Assembly (NCBI GenBank): GCA_965203515.1
Contig: OZ241907.1
Coordinates: 2,528,001 to 2,592,000, forward strand
Direction of reading: 5' to 3'
Length of the DNA: 64,000 nucleotides
Source of the DNA: Spirochaetia bacterium
GTDB taxonomy: Bacteria > Spirochaetota > Spirochaetia > SZUA-6 > Bin103
Made by a program: the position numbers and the translations under genes. Each line of letters starts with the position of its first letter. Within the stretch, counting starts at the first letter, position 1. Positions 40,975 through 50,190 of the stretch are shown piece by piece. The notes under the pieces are model-generated. The model was given only the letters and a program-made list of their open reading frames with translations, was not told the origin of the DNA and searched no databases.

Positions 40975-42078
40975 TCATTTGCCTGCCGCCATGTCGGCGA
41001 TGAAGCGGTCGAACAGGGGACGGGCGTCATGCGGGCCGGGCGCCGCCTCCGGGTGGTACTGGATGGCGTAGACCGGCAGGTCGCGGTGCTCGATTCCCTC
41101 CACGGTATCGTCGTTGAGGTTGACCTGGGTCAGGCGGTAGTCGGCGGGCAGCGAGTCGAGGCGCACCGCAAAGCCGTGGTTCTGGGAGGTGATGGCGACC
41201 GAGCCGGTGGCCAGGTCCTTGACCGGATGATTGCCGCCGTGGTGTCCGAACTTGAGCTTGTAGCACTCGCCGCCGGCCGACAGGGCGGTGATCTGCTGGC
41301 CCAGGCAGATGCCGAACACCGGCAGCGCGCCGATCAACTCGCGCACCGCGTCGATCAGGTAGACCGGGCCGTCGGGGTCGCCGGGCCCGTTGGACAGGAA
41401 CAGCCCGTCGGGGCCGAGCGCCAGGATGTCGGCGGCCGGCGTGGAGGCCGGCACCACCGTGACCCGGCAGCCGCGCGCGGCCAACAGGCGCAGGATGTTG
41501 GTCTTGATGCCGCAGTCGACCGCCACCACGTGGTGGGCGCCCTGCGCGCTGTAGACGTATGGTTCGGCGCAGGTGACGGCGGCGACCAGGTCGCGGCCGA
41601 TCAGCCCCGGCGAGCGGTCGGCCAGCGCCGCGGCATCCGCCTCCGACAGGTCCTCCGTGGTCAGGACCGCCTTGAGCGCCCCGGCGCGGCGGATGTGCCG
41701 GGTCAGCGCCCGCGTGTCGATCCCCTCGATGCCGACCACGCCGGCGGCTTGCAGGTACGCGGACAGGTCTCCGGTGGCGCGCCAGTTGGAAACGACCGGC
41801 GACAGCTCCTTGATGATAAGCCCCTCCGCCTGCGGGCCGGCCGACTCCGGGTCCTCCTCATTGACGCCGTAGTTGCCGATGAGCGGATAGGTCATGCAGA
41901 CGATCTGCCCCTTGTAGGAGGGATCGGTGATGATCTCCTGATAGCCGGTCATGCTGGTGTTGAAGACGACCTCGCCGTCGCGGGTGCCTTCGGCGCCGAA
42001 GCGGGTGCCGTGAAAGACCCGCCCGTCCTCCAGCGCCAGCATCGCCCGCCGGTTCGCGCTGCCGGCCGCAGGGCTCAC
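40975..42078 (-). CDS. carA: Carbamoyl-phosphate synthase small subunit
   Basis: [32 protein letters not shown] and QYHPEA. Confidence 0.98.
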   Translation of the reverse strand: MSPAAGSANRRAMLALEDGRVFHGTRFGAEGTRDGEVVFNTSMTGYQEIITDPSYKGQIVCMTYPLIGNYGVNEEDPESAGPQAEGLIIKELSPVVSNWRATGDLSAYLQAAGVVGIEGIDTRALTRHIRRAGALKAVLTTEDLSEADAAALADRSPGLIGRDLVAAVTCAEPYVYSAQGAHHVVAVDCGIKTNILRLLAARGCRVTVVPASTPAADILALGPDGLFLSNGPGDPDGPVYLIDAVRELIGALPVFGICLGQQITALSAGGECYKLKFGHHGGNHPVKDLATGSVAITSQNHGFAVRLDSLPADYRLTQVNLNDDTVEGIEHRDLPVYAIQYHPEAAPGPHDARPLFDRFIADMAAGK

Positions 42079-43361
42079 GACGCCTCCAGCCGGCCCGACG
42101 CCATCAGCACGCGGCCGCCGACGATGCAGGCGGTCGCCCGCCCGGTCATGGCGGCGCCCAGGAAGGGGGTGTTGATCGACTTGGACCGGATCGCGCCGCG
42201 GCCGACCACCCACGACGCGGCGGGGTCGATCACGGTGACGTCGGCGACCGCGCCGGCCGACAGATGCCCGCGGTCGACGCCGATGACCGCCGCCGGATTG
42301 CAGGAGAGGCAGCGCACGAACCGCGGCCAGTCGATCAGGCCGTCGCGCACCAGGTTGAGCGCCAGCGGCACGGTCGTCTCCAGGCCGATGATGCCGTTTG
42401 GCGCGTTGCGAAACTCCAGCGCCTTCTCATACGGGGCGTGCGGGGCGTGGTCGCTGCCGATCGTGTCGATGACCCCGTCGGCCAAGGCCGCCCGGATCGC
42501 CGCGCGGTCCGCCTCCGAGCGGAGCGGCGGATACATCTTGGCGTCCGTGCGGTAGCCGTCGACCGCCTCGTCGGTGAGCTCCCAGTAGTGGGGGCAGGTC
42601 TCGGCCGTGACCGCGATATCCTCGCGCTTGGCCATGCGGATCAGATCGACCGAGCGGGCGCAGGAGACGTGCAGGAAGTGGACGCGACCGCCGGTGAGCG
42701 CGGCGATCTGGATGTCGCGGGCGACCATCGCGCTCTCGGCAGCGCACGGGCTGCCGGACAGACCCATCCGGGTGGCGGCCAACCCCTCGTTCATGGTGCC
42801 GTCGCCGGACAGGCCGGTGTCCTCGGCGTGGACGAAGATCGGCAGCTTGAACTTCAGCGCGTATTCCAGGCCGCGGCGCATCACCATCGAGTCGGAGATC
42901 GGCCGGCCGTCGTCGGACAGCGCGACCGCGCCTCCCTTGCGAAGCTGACCGAACTCGGTGAGCTGACGCCCCTCCTGGCCCTGCGTGACCGCGCCGGCCG
43001 GCCACAGCCGCGCCAGCCCGATGCGGCGCGCCTCCCGGATCAGGAACTCCATGTCGGGACGGCTGTCGGAGATCGGCCGGGTGTTGGGCATCGGGCAGAC
43101 GCCGGTAAAGCCGCCGGCGACCGCCGCGGTGAGCCCGCTGCGCAGGTCCTCCTTGTACTCGAACCCGGGCTCGCGCAGATGCACGTGCAGGTCGATCAGG
43201 CCGGGCATCACCACCTGGCCGGCGCAGTCGATGATCCGGTCCGCCGCCGCCGGGCCGGCGTCCGTGGAGGCGATCACGCCGTCGCGGATGAACAGGTCGC
43301 CGACGCGATCGACGTCGTTGCGCGGGTCCAGCACGCGCCCGCCGCGCAGCAGCACCGTCAT
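42075..43361 (-). CDS. pyrC: Dihydroorotase
   Basis: [24 protein letters not shown] and SDHAPH. Confidence 0.97.
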   Translation of the reverse strand: MTVLLRGGRVLDPRNDVDRVGDLFIRDGVIASTDAGPAAADRIIDCAGQVVMPGLIDLHVHLREPGFEYKEDLRSGLTAAVAGGFTGVCPMPNTRPISDSRPDMEFLIREARRIGLARLWPAGAVTQGQEGRQLTEFGQLRKGGAVALSDDGRPISDSMVMRRGLEYALKFKLPIFVHAEDTGLSGDGTMNEGLAATRMGLSGSPCAAESAMVARDIQIAALTGGRVHFLHVSCARSVDLIRMAKREDIAVTAETCPHYWELTDEAVDGYRTDAKMYPPLRSEADRAAIRAALADGVIDTIGSDHAPHAPYEKALEFRNAPNGIIGLETTVPLALNLVRDGLIDWPRFVRCLSCNPAAVIGVDRGHLSAGAVADVTVIDPAASWVVGRGAIRSKSINTPFLGAAMTGRATACIVGGRVLMASGRLEAS

Positions 43362-43368
43362 CGCGCCG

Positions 43369-44343
43369 TCACCGGGCCAGGCAGGTGTGGAACAGGACCG
43401 CCATGCGCACCGCCACGCCGTTGGTCACCTGATCCAGAATGAGCGAGTGCGGGCCGTCGGCCACGTCGGCGGCGATCTCCACGCCGCGGTGCATCGGCAT
43501 GGGGTGCAACACCAGCACGTCCGGGTCGGCGGCGGCCAGCCGTTCGCGGGTGATGCCGTACTCGACCGCGTATTCGTGGATCGACGGGAAGTAGCCGCCG
43601 TGCTGGCGCTCGAACTGGATGCGCAGGATGTTCAGCACGTCCTGATCGCCGATCACCGCGTCCAGGTCGTAGCTCACCGCCACGCCCAGCTTCTCGACGT
43701 CGGCCGGGATCAGCGTCGGCGGCCCGCAGACGGTGACCGACGCACCGAGCCGGGTCAGACCCCAGATGTTGGACCGCGCCACGCGCGAATGCAGGATGTC
43801 GCCGATCAGGCAGACGCGCAGCCCTTCGATCGGCCGCCGTTCGCGGATCGTGTAGATGTCGAGCAATCCCTGCGTGGGGTGTTCGTGCACGCCGTCGCCG
43901 GCGTTGACGACCCCGGCGTCGAGGACGCGCGCCAGCAGATCGGCGGCGCCCGATGCCTGATGGCGCACCACGACGGTATCGATCTGCATCGCCTCGATCG
44001 CGCGGGCGGTGTCGGTCAGGCTCTCCCCCTTGGCGGTGCTCGAGGTCGAGCCGGTCAGGTTGACGGTGTCGGCCGACAGCCGCTTGGCGGCCAGCTCGAA
44101 GCTGGAGCAGGTGCGGGTCGAGGCTTCGAAGAACAGGTTGGCGATCGTCTTGCCCTGCAGGGCCGGAACCTTCTTGACGTTGCGCGAGGAGACCTCCTTG
44201 AAGGAGTCCGTGGAGTCGAGGAGCAGCTCGATCTCCGCGCGGGACAGCTCCTGCAGGCCGAGCAGGTCCTTGCGCGACCAGCGGATGCCGTCCGCGGTCG
44301 GCGCCGCGGGGGCGGCGGCCGGCGCCGGCAGGGTGCCCGTCAT
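43369..44343 (-). CDS. pyrB: Aspartate carbamoyltransferase catalytic subunit
   Basis: FFEASTRT, KGESL.DT, HEHPTQ, GDILHSRV and LRIQFER. Confidence 0.98.
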   Translation of the reverse strand: MTGTLPAPAAAPAAPTADGIRWSRKDLLGLQELSRAEIELLLDSTDSFKEVSSRNVKKVPALQGKTIANLFFEASTRTCSSFELAAKRLSADTVNLTGSTSSTAKGESLTDTARAIEAMQIDTVVVRHQASGAADLLARVLDAGVVNAGDGVHEHPTQGLLDIYTIRERRPIEGLRVCLIGDILHSRVARSNIWGLTRLGASVTVCGPPTLIPADVEKLGVAVSYDLDAVIGDQDVLNILRIQFERQHGGYFPSIHEYAVEYGITRERLAAADPDVLVLHPMPMHRGVEIAADVADGPHSLILDQVTNGVAVRMAVLFHTCLAR

Positions 44344-44876
44344 GACGAGCTGTCCCGGCGCTCGATCAGCACGTCATCGACCCCGTCGGTCTCCATGAAG
44401 CGGACGCGGATCTTCTCGTCCCGGGCGGTAGGGATGTTCCTGCCGACGTAGTCGGCGCGGATCGGCAGCTCGCGGTGGCCGCGGTCGACCAGCACCGCCA
44501 GCTTGATCTTGCGGGGGCGGCCGAAGTCGGCCAGGGCGTCCATGGCGGCGCGGGTGGTGCGGCCGGTGTAGAGCACGTCGTCGACCAGGATCACGACGGT
44601 GCCGTCGATCGGAAAGCCGAGCTCGGTGGGCCGCACGACCGGCTGCGCGGCCACGGCGGTCAGGTCGTCGCGATAGAGGTTGATGTCCAGGGTGCCGAGG
44701 GGGACGTCGAGGCCGCCGGCCTCCCGGACCGCCTGCGCCAAGCGCCGGGCCATCGGCACGCCGCGGGTGCGGACGCCGATCAGGCGCAGGTCGTCTTCGG
44801 CCGATTCGATGATCTCGTGAGCGATCCGGGTGATCGCGCGCCGTATCTGGCCGGCGTCGAGTACGCGCCGACTCAT
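44340..44876 (-). CDS. pyrR: Bifunctional pyr regulator / uracil phosphoribosyltransferase
   Basis: RIAHEI, LDINLYRDD, LVDDVLYTGRT and VDRGHRELPIRADYVG. Confidence 0.97.
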   Translation of the reverse strand: MSRRVLDAGQIRRAITRIAHEIIESAEDDLRLIGVRTRGVPMARRLAQAVREAGGLDVPLGTLDINLYRDDLTAVAAQPVVRPTELGFPIDGTVVILVDDVLYTGRTTRAAMDALADFGRPRKIKLAVLVDRGHRELPIRADYVGRNIPTARDEKIRVRFMETDGVDDVLIERRDSSS

Positions 44877-44924
44877 GGGGCCCGCCGTGCGGCGGGAAAG
44901 CGCTGAGCGTGCAGCATGGGCCAT

Positions 44925-44957
44925 CCCTTTCGGGCCTCACAGGACCCGACTTAAAGG
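44925..44957 (-). promoter_or_regulatory. PyrR-binding RNA loop
   Basis: Minus strand CCUUUAAGUC-GGGUCCUGUGAGGCCC-GAAAGGG matches the CUUUAA and RUCCNGNGAGGY PyrR consensus. Confidence 0.85.
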
Positions 44958-44966
44958 TATCGGCGT

Positions 44967-44995
44967 ACGCTAACCCCCCGGCGGCCCGGCGTCAA
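44967..44995 (-). promoter_or_regulatory. Sigma-70 promoter of the pyr operon
   Basis: TTGACG-17 bp-TAGCGT directly upstream of the PyrR loop. Confidence 0.65.
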
Positions 44996-45024
44996 CCGGC
45001 CGGCAGGGCGCCCTGACGGAGTAG

Positions 45025-47091
45025 TCAGATGGCGCGCAGGTCGTCGAGGAACTCCGAGGCGGGCTCGACGCCGGTAACCAGGAGATGATCGCGGGCGCGG
45101 GTGCACGCCACGTACAGCAGGTGCCGTTCGGTGGCGTAGACGTCCTCCAGGTCGGCGGGGTCGCCGACGTTCGCGATTCTGGCCGGCGATGGCAGCACTT
45201 CGTCGTCGCAGGCGATGACCGCCGCGGCGCGGAACTCCAGGCCCTTCGCCGCGTGCATGGTGCCCACCGCCACCGAGCCTGAGACACCGCCGGCGCGCCG
45301 GCGCAGATCGACCGTGGAGAACCCTGCCGCGCGCGCGGCTGCGGCGGCCCGCTCCAGTTCGGCGTTCGATCTGACGAGCAGGCCGATCTCGTGGGGCGCA
45401 TAGCCGGCCTGCTTCCGCTCGGCCAGCCACTCGGCGATGACCGCGCGTTCCTCCTCCGGCGAGCCGAGGATGGCGACGACCGGTTCCGCGCCGTTGAACA
45501 CGGAGACCGTGCCGGCGCGCCGCTCGGCGTTGCCGTCCACGTCGGCGATCTCGCCCGGCAGGAGGCGGTCCGCCTGCCGCCGGATCTGGTGGGAGGTCCG
45601 GTAGTTGACCCGCAGGGTGTGGGAGCGCCCTCTGACGTCGATCCCGAGCGCCCGCCAGGAGAACGGCGTCCGAAAGATCCGCTGCCCCAGGTCGCCGGCG
45701 AAGAACAGGCCGTCCGGGCGCCCGGCGCCGAGGGCGGCCAGCAGCCGCAGCTCGGCCACGCCGAGGTCCTGCGCTTCGTCGACGACGCAGAACTCGAACG
45801 GCGGATGCGCGAGCTGCGCGCACTGTCGCTCCAACCGGGCGAACAGCCGCGGCTCGGTCAGCAGCCCGCGCTCGTCGAGCGCGGCCGACACCTGCGCGAA
45901 GATCGACCACAGCACGGCGCGCTGCCGTTCGGAGAGGCGGGTCTTGCGGCCGAGGCGCGGCACGTCCCGATACTGCTCCCAGGTCGCAAGCTGCCAGGCG
46001 TCGACCACCTGCTGCCACTCGGTGCGGAGGAAGTGCGCGCTGAACGGGTTGCCCTCGACCCCGGCGGCGCGCCGCACGAACTCTTGCACCTGCTCGTCGG
46101 CCGCCAGCTCGGCGCGGCCGCAGTGCGCCTGATAGAGGCGGCGCGCGACGTCGCTCAGCGAGCCGACTTCGAGGCGCTCGGCGAGCTTCGGCTCGTGGAC
46201 GATCAGGCGCGTCAGGCGAGCGCGCAGCGCGTCCGCGAGCGCCGTGGAGAAGGTGGCCAGCAGGACGCGCGCGGCGGGATGGGCGCGCGCCAGATGGACC
46301 GCGCGGTGCAGCGCGGCGATGGTCTTGCCGGTCCCGGCGGACCCCGATACGCGCGCCGGGCCGCGGTAACTTCGTTCCACCACCTGCCGCTGCGCGGGAT
46401 GCAGGAAGACCATCCACTGCTCCCACGGATATTCAAGGGCGCGCTGCAGTTCCTCGTGATTGGCCATCACCCGGAAGCGGCGCTGCGCGTCGGGATGGGC
46501 GAACGGGTCGGTATCCGCGGCCGCGCGGGCCGGCCGCTCCGGCGTGCCGCCGGTGGCCAGCTCCAGCAGCGCCTCGGCGGCCTCCGCCGGCAGATGACCG
46601 GCCAGCGCCAGCAGCGCATCCTCGCCGGTGACCTGCCGGACGTCGGCCAGCCACTCGGCGGGAACGCCGTAGCTTAGGAGCCGGTCGTCCGCGATCCCGG
46701 AGAAGACCGGCCGCGCCGCCTCCTCGGCGGCCATGTACCGCGGCACCGGCACGTCGCGCACCACTTCGCGGACTTCGACGAGCTGCGCCGCTCCCGTGTT
46801 GGGGTGCCGTTCGATGCGCCGGCGCTCCGCCCAGCGATACGCGGCGTCGTGCTCGCCGACGTAGCAGAGCAGGAGATCGGCGGCGGTCTTGTGCACGATC
46901 ATGCGCAGGCCGCGGCTCACCCGCACCGACCAGAAGTTCCGGTCGCGAGCGCCCTCCACCCGGTGGAACCGCATCCCCGGCCGCGCGGGGTCGAGCTGCA
47001 GGTCGAACGCCGTGGTCTTGGCCGCGCGCTGCTCATCGCCCGGCAGGCGCGCCAAGCTCTCGGTAAAGGTATCGGCAATGCGAAGTTGCAT
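45025..47091 (-). CDS. SF1 (UvrD-like) helicase with N-terminal RelE/ParE-like domain
   Basis: GSAGTGKT, VVDEAQD, GDLGQRIF, NYRT, TMHAAKGLEF and LYVACTRA; first ~90 aa F..SL..L...FWSVRV...RMIV...YVGEHD.AY resemble the RelE fold. Confidence 0.88.
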   Translation of the reverse strand: MQLRIADTFTESLARLPGDEQRAAKTTAFDLQLDPARPGMRFHRVEGARDRNFWSVRVSRGLRMIVHKTAADLLLCYVGEHDAAYRWAERRRIERHPNTGAAQLVEVREVVRDVPVPRYMAAEEAARPVFSGIADDRLLSYGVPAEWLADVRQVTGEDALLALAGHLPAEAAEALLELATGGTPERPARAAADTDPFAHPDAQRRFRVMANHEELQRALEYPWEQWMVFLHPAQRQVVERSYRGPARVSGSAGTGKTIAALHRAVHLARAHPAARVLLATFSTALADALRARLTRLIVHEPKLAERLEVGSLSDVARRLYQAHCGRAELAADEQVQEFVRRAAGVEGNPFSAHFLRTEWQQVVDAWQLATWEQYRDVPRLGRKTRLSERQRAVLWSIFAQVSAALDERGLLTEPRLFARLERQCAQLAHPPFEFCVVDEAQDLGVAELRLLAALGAGRPDGLFFAGDLGQRIFRTPFSWRALGIDVRGRSHTLRVNYRTSHQIRRQADRLLPGEIADVDGNAERRAGTVSVFNGAEPVVAILGSPEEERAVIAEWLAERKQAGYAPHEIGLLVRSNAELERAAAAARAAGFSTVDLRRRAGGVSGSVAVGTMHAAKGLEFRAAAVIACDDEVLPSPARIANVGDPADLEDVYATERHLLYVACTRARDHLLVTGVEPASEFLDDLRAI

Positions 47092-48564
47092 TCAGTCTCC
47101 GGTCACTATGCTCGCCAGCTCGAGTTTGTTCTGCAGGTCGGCGGCGCGATTGTAGAGTGCCTCGGCTACGTCGTCGTACTCCGGCGGCTCCACACCTTCG
47201 CTGCGGTCGAATGGAATCTCCTGAATGGTTGATCCTTGATCTGTTCCGTCCTGACGAAATAGCCATACTCCCACTTCGTCGGGGTGCAGCGCGCTGCCGA
47301 GCGATGATCCCTCCATAACTCGACCTGTGTGCTCCGCCAGCGTGCCTTCTCGGATCAGATTCCCGATTTCCTTCAGCAGCCACTCGCTATGGGTCGTAAT
47401 GAGCACCCGGACCCCGGCACGGACAAGGCGGGCCAGCATCACCGCGACGTGCGCTTGGGCCGTCGGGTGCAGGTGGGCCTCGGGTTCCTCGATGATCAAG
47501 GTGTCACCGACGTTCACGACGCCTCGAAGGAACAGGACGAGCGGAGCGAGTTCGGACACCATGGACGCCGCCCGGGCCAACACAACGTCTTCCCTGGTAT
47601 ACCATGGGCGGAACGCAAACTCAAGATAGCCTCCCGGCGATTTCGTTTCTTCTATCGATCCGGCAAGGGGCTCCCGCTCCAGCGCCTCTGCAATCTCATT
47701 CAGCGCATCGTCGACTGATTGCGGCCTTCTACGCCGGTAAAGAATGAGTTGCTGCATGAAATCAGCGGTCACGCCCGGCAACGTCGGAGTTACCGGTAAC
47801 CGTTCCAGGCTGACGCGGGTAGCGCGTGCGACAAGGGAGCTGGCGATCACCCGTTGGCTTTGCATTATTCCGCTGCGTGCCGCGGGAAGATAGTGGATAC
47901 CGCCGGTTCCGGGCCACTCGCCGCTACCCGGATGCCCGCCGTCCAGGAGTTCTCGCAGGAGATCGGTAATTCGTATTCTGCCGGAAAGAAGGATACTCCG
48001 CAGGCGAGCCGCTACTTCAGGATTGTCGGAACGAAGGTTCTCAGGCATCAGGTCGAAATCACCCAATCCTATTGAAGCCTTGCCTTGGTTCTCCGACAGA
48101 CTCATGCAGAGATGCCATAGAGCGCGATCCCGCTCGCGCACCATGAGCGTTACGTCAATCGCGTCGCGTGTGCGTGGAGTACGAATCAAATCGGTAACAG
48201 CGTCGGTATCGAAGCATCGATTGAGCTCAAGAACGATGTCGGCCGTTAGACCTGATTCACGAAAGAAGGAACTCAGGGCGCCGCGTAGTCGAACAGGTAA
48301 ATCGGAGTACTTGAACGCTCTGCCATCGGCATCCAGCTTCTTTGTCACATCGTGATATTCTTGTTTCGACACGCGCCGCCAATCGAACTCGGTACAGCGA
48401 TCGAAGCCTCGGTTCAGGAACCGCCGAAATCCATGCAGGGCGCGGTGCAGCGCATAGACGGTATTGCCGGCACCGACGAACACCGTCAAGGGACGCAGTT
48501 CCACAATGCCGGTCTCGATCGGACCAAGATGTTCGACTTTGAAGCTAACGACTCGCTTTACCAT
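47092..48564 (-). CDS. ABC/AAA_15-type ATPase lacking Walker A lysine (possibly inactive)
   Basis: HLGPI..ELRPLTVFVGAGNT then VYAL with no GK[ST]; YLPAARSG, ASMVSELAPL, IIEEPEAHLHP and ITTHS intact. Confidence 0.8.
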   Translation of the reverse strand: MVKRVVSFKVEHLGPIETGIVELRPLTVFVGAGNTVYALHRALHGFRRFLNRGFDRCTEFDWRRVSKQEYHDVTKKLDADGRAFKYSDLPVRLRGALSSFFRESGLTADIVLELNRCFDTDAVTDLIRTPRTRDAIDVTLMVRERDRALWHLCMSLSENQGKASIGLGDFDLMPENLRSDNPEVAARLRSILLSGRIRITDLLRELLDGGHPGSGEWPGTGGIHYLPAARSGIMQSQRVIASSLVARATRVSLERLPVTPTLPGVTADFMQQLILYRRRRPQSVDDALNEIAEALEREPLAGSIEETKSPGGYLEFAFRPWYTREDVVLARAASMVSELAPLVLFLRGVVNVGDTLIIEEPEAHLHPTAQAHVAVMLARLVRAGVRVLITTHSEWLLKEIGNLIREGTLAEHTGRVMEGSSLGSALHPDEVGVWLFRQDGTDQGSTIQEIPFDRSEGVEPPEYDDVAEALYNRAADLQNKLELASIVTGD

Positions 48565-49409
48565 TTCGTCAGAAGGTGATCCGCGATGGGCATAGCTCTA
48601 TTTGCCCCTTTCTTATTGCTTGCCGCGAAATACAGAGCGAACATTGGAGTTTTGTTGCTATTGCACAGTACTCTCGGAGTCGGTGCTACTTTCTCGAATA
48701 CTGAATCGAGTCGTTCTCGGTAGAGCTCCATCACCGGTTCGCCACCACTGATGCGTTCTTGATTCTGCTGTCCAAACAATTCCAACTGAGGTGCGTTCTG
48801 ATATAGGTGCCGCCAGTACTGTCGTCCTCCAAAGACGCGATCGAGATGCCGTGCTAGTGCCGGATCGGGGGCACGCTTTCCGGGCATCATTCTCGAGATT
48901 GCACTCAAAGGGAAGAGAATCCAGCAATCTACTTTCTTAGTGTCAGCAAGCGTCTCGACGGTGCTCCATGACACCGCGGTAGCGAATGGGTCAAGGAACA
49001 CTACCGCTCGGTCATAGGCTCCGAAAGTGCGGCAGAGAGCCGGTATCGCTTTGTTCGCGTCCTCGTTTACTATCTCAATCCGTCGCCCTGTATAGCGGCT
49101 GGCGAGTTTTTGTAGGGAACTACAACGATCGTCGTCCTTCTCGATGAACACCAGTCGATCGAAAGGCTTGTTGTCAATGTCGAGTGCCGTCGCTGCGGAG
49201 CCCTTCCACATTGCGCGGAAATCGGTGGGGTCTTCAAGGGCACTCGCTGAGCGCGGCTTCCAGAAGCCCGATCCGGCAAATGCGTCGACATAGGTCAGCC
49301 GGAACGATTGGTTCTTCAACACCATGGTGTATCTGTCGAGGTAGCTCTTGAGAATATCCAGCTTGGTGCGTGTCCAAGGGCCGCCAAAATCGGTAGGAGA
49401 CACAGTCAT
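48558..49409 (-). CDS. tcmP: Three-Cys-motif partner protein (TcmP; SAM-dependent methyltransferase-like)
   Basis: GPWTRTKLDILKSYL, YVDAFAGSG, FIEKD, DAN and FLDPFA; directly downstream of DUF5131. Confidence 0.85.
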   Translation of the reverse strand: MTVSPTDFGGPWTRTKLDILKSYLDRYTMVLKNQSFRLTYVDAFAGSGFWKPRSASALEDPTDFRAMWKGSAATALDIDNKPFDRLVFIEKDDDRCSSLQKLASRYTGRRIEIVNEDANKAIPALCRTFGAYDRAVVFLDPFATAVSWSTVETLADTKKVDCWILFPLSAISRMMPGKRAPDPALARHLDRVFGGRQYWRHLYQNAPQLELFGQQNQERISGGEPVMELYRERLDSVFEKVAPTPRVLCNSNKTPMFALYFAASNKKGANRAMPIADHLLTKW

Positions 49410-49419
49410 GCCTTGGCCA

Positions 49420-50172
49420 TCACGTTGCGACGGGTAACTGGCGCCACGGTCTGCCGTCGATCGTTGCGTGGTCGCCGCCGCGTTTGTTGCGGACGCCGCC
49501 GAGTTGCTTGAGAAAGAAGGGGGTGTCGGTTCGGACCGACTGATCGCGCAGGGCGCGCGCCCATTCGATGCGCATCGGCCTCGCGCCGGGGCCGCTCTCA
49601 CCGCCGGCGATTACCCAGTGGAGCGTCCCGTCCGACAGCCACGGGGTGAGGTCGAGCGGCGCGAGCAGCGGTTCGGCGGATACGAACCGGACCGGGGCGG
49701 GCAGGCGGGCCAGCACGGTCAGTCGCGGAGCGTACTTCTGATTCTCCACGGAGGTCCCGATCCAGATGTTGGCAGGCCACCCGTGAGGGAACCGATCCCG
49801 GTACCGGGACCACCAATGGACGGCGCGACCGGGCCGTTTGGTGAGGACCTGGAAGATATGCCCGCGCCGCGCCGCAGCTTCGACCATCACCGAGAATATA
49901 TCGGTGAGGAAGTCGAACGGCACGCGCGGATGGAACAGGTCGGACATGCTGTTCACGAATACCAGACGTCGGGTTCGCCAGGTGAGCGGCGTCTTGAGGC
50001 GTTCCGGCAGGATGCGAACGGTATCGGGCGTCGTGTCGTAGCCGGCGACCCCCATGGCTCGCAACCGCGGGTACAGGGCGTACATGTAGCAGTGATCGCA
50101 GCCGGGGGAGACCCTGGTGCACCCGGTCACGGGATTCCAGGTCTCGTCAGTCCACTCTATCGCCGATGCCAT
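49420..50172 (-). CDS. DUF5131 / phage Gp37-Gp68 family radical-SAM-like protein
   Basis: IEWTDETWNPVTGCTRVSPGCDHCY (Cx6Cx2C), FVNSMSDLFH, FQVLTKR, SAEPLL, WVIAGGESG and FFLKQLG. Confidence 0.92.
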   Translation of the reverse strand: MASAIEWTDETWNPVTGCTRVSPGCDHCYMYALYPRLRAMGVAGYDTTPDTVRILPERLKTPLTWRTRRLVFVNSMSDLFHPRVPFDFLTDIFSVMVEAAARRGHIFQVLTKRPGRAVHWWSRYRDRFPHGWPANIWIGTSVENQKYAPRLTVLARLPAPVRFVSAEPLLAPLDLTPWLSDGTLHWVIAGGESGPGARPMRIEWARALRDQSVRTDTPFFLKQLGGVRNKRGGDHATIDGRPWRQLPVAT

Positions 50173-50190
50173 GATGTTTCCTCAGACGGT

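Noticed and set aside
44996..45024. att site or tRNA at the defence-island boundary
   Set aside because: No tRNA-like sequence or direct repeat recognisable; the other boundary is outside the window
49420..50172. Prophage implied by the 'phage Gp37/Gp68' family name
   Set aside because: No structural, terminase or integrase genes anywhere in the window
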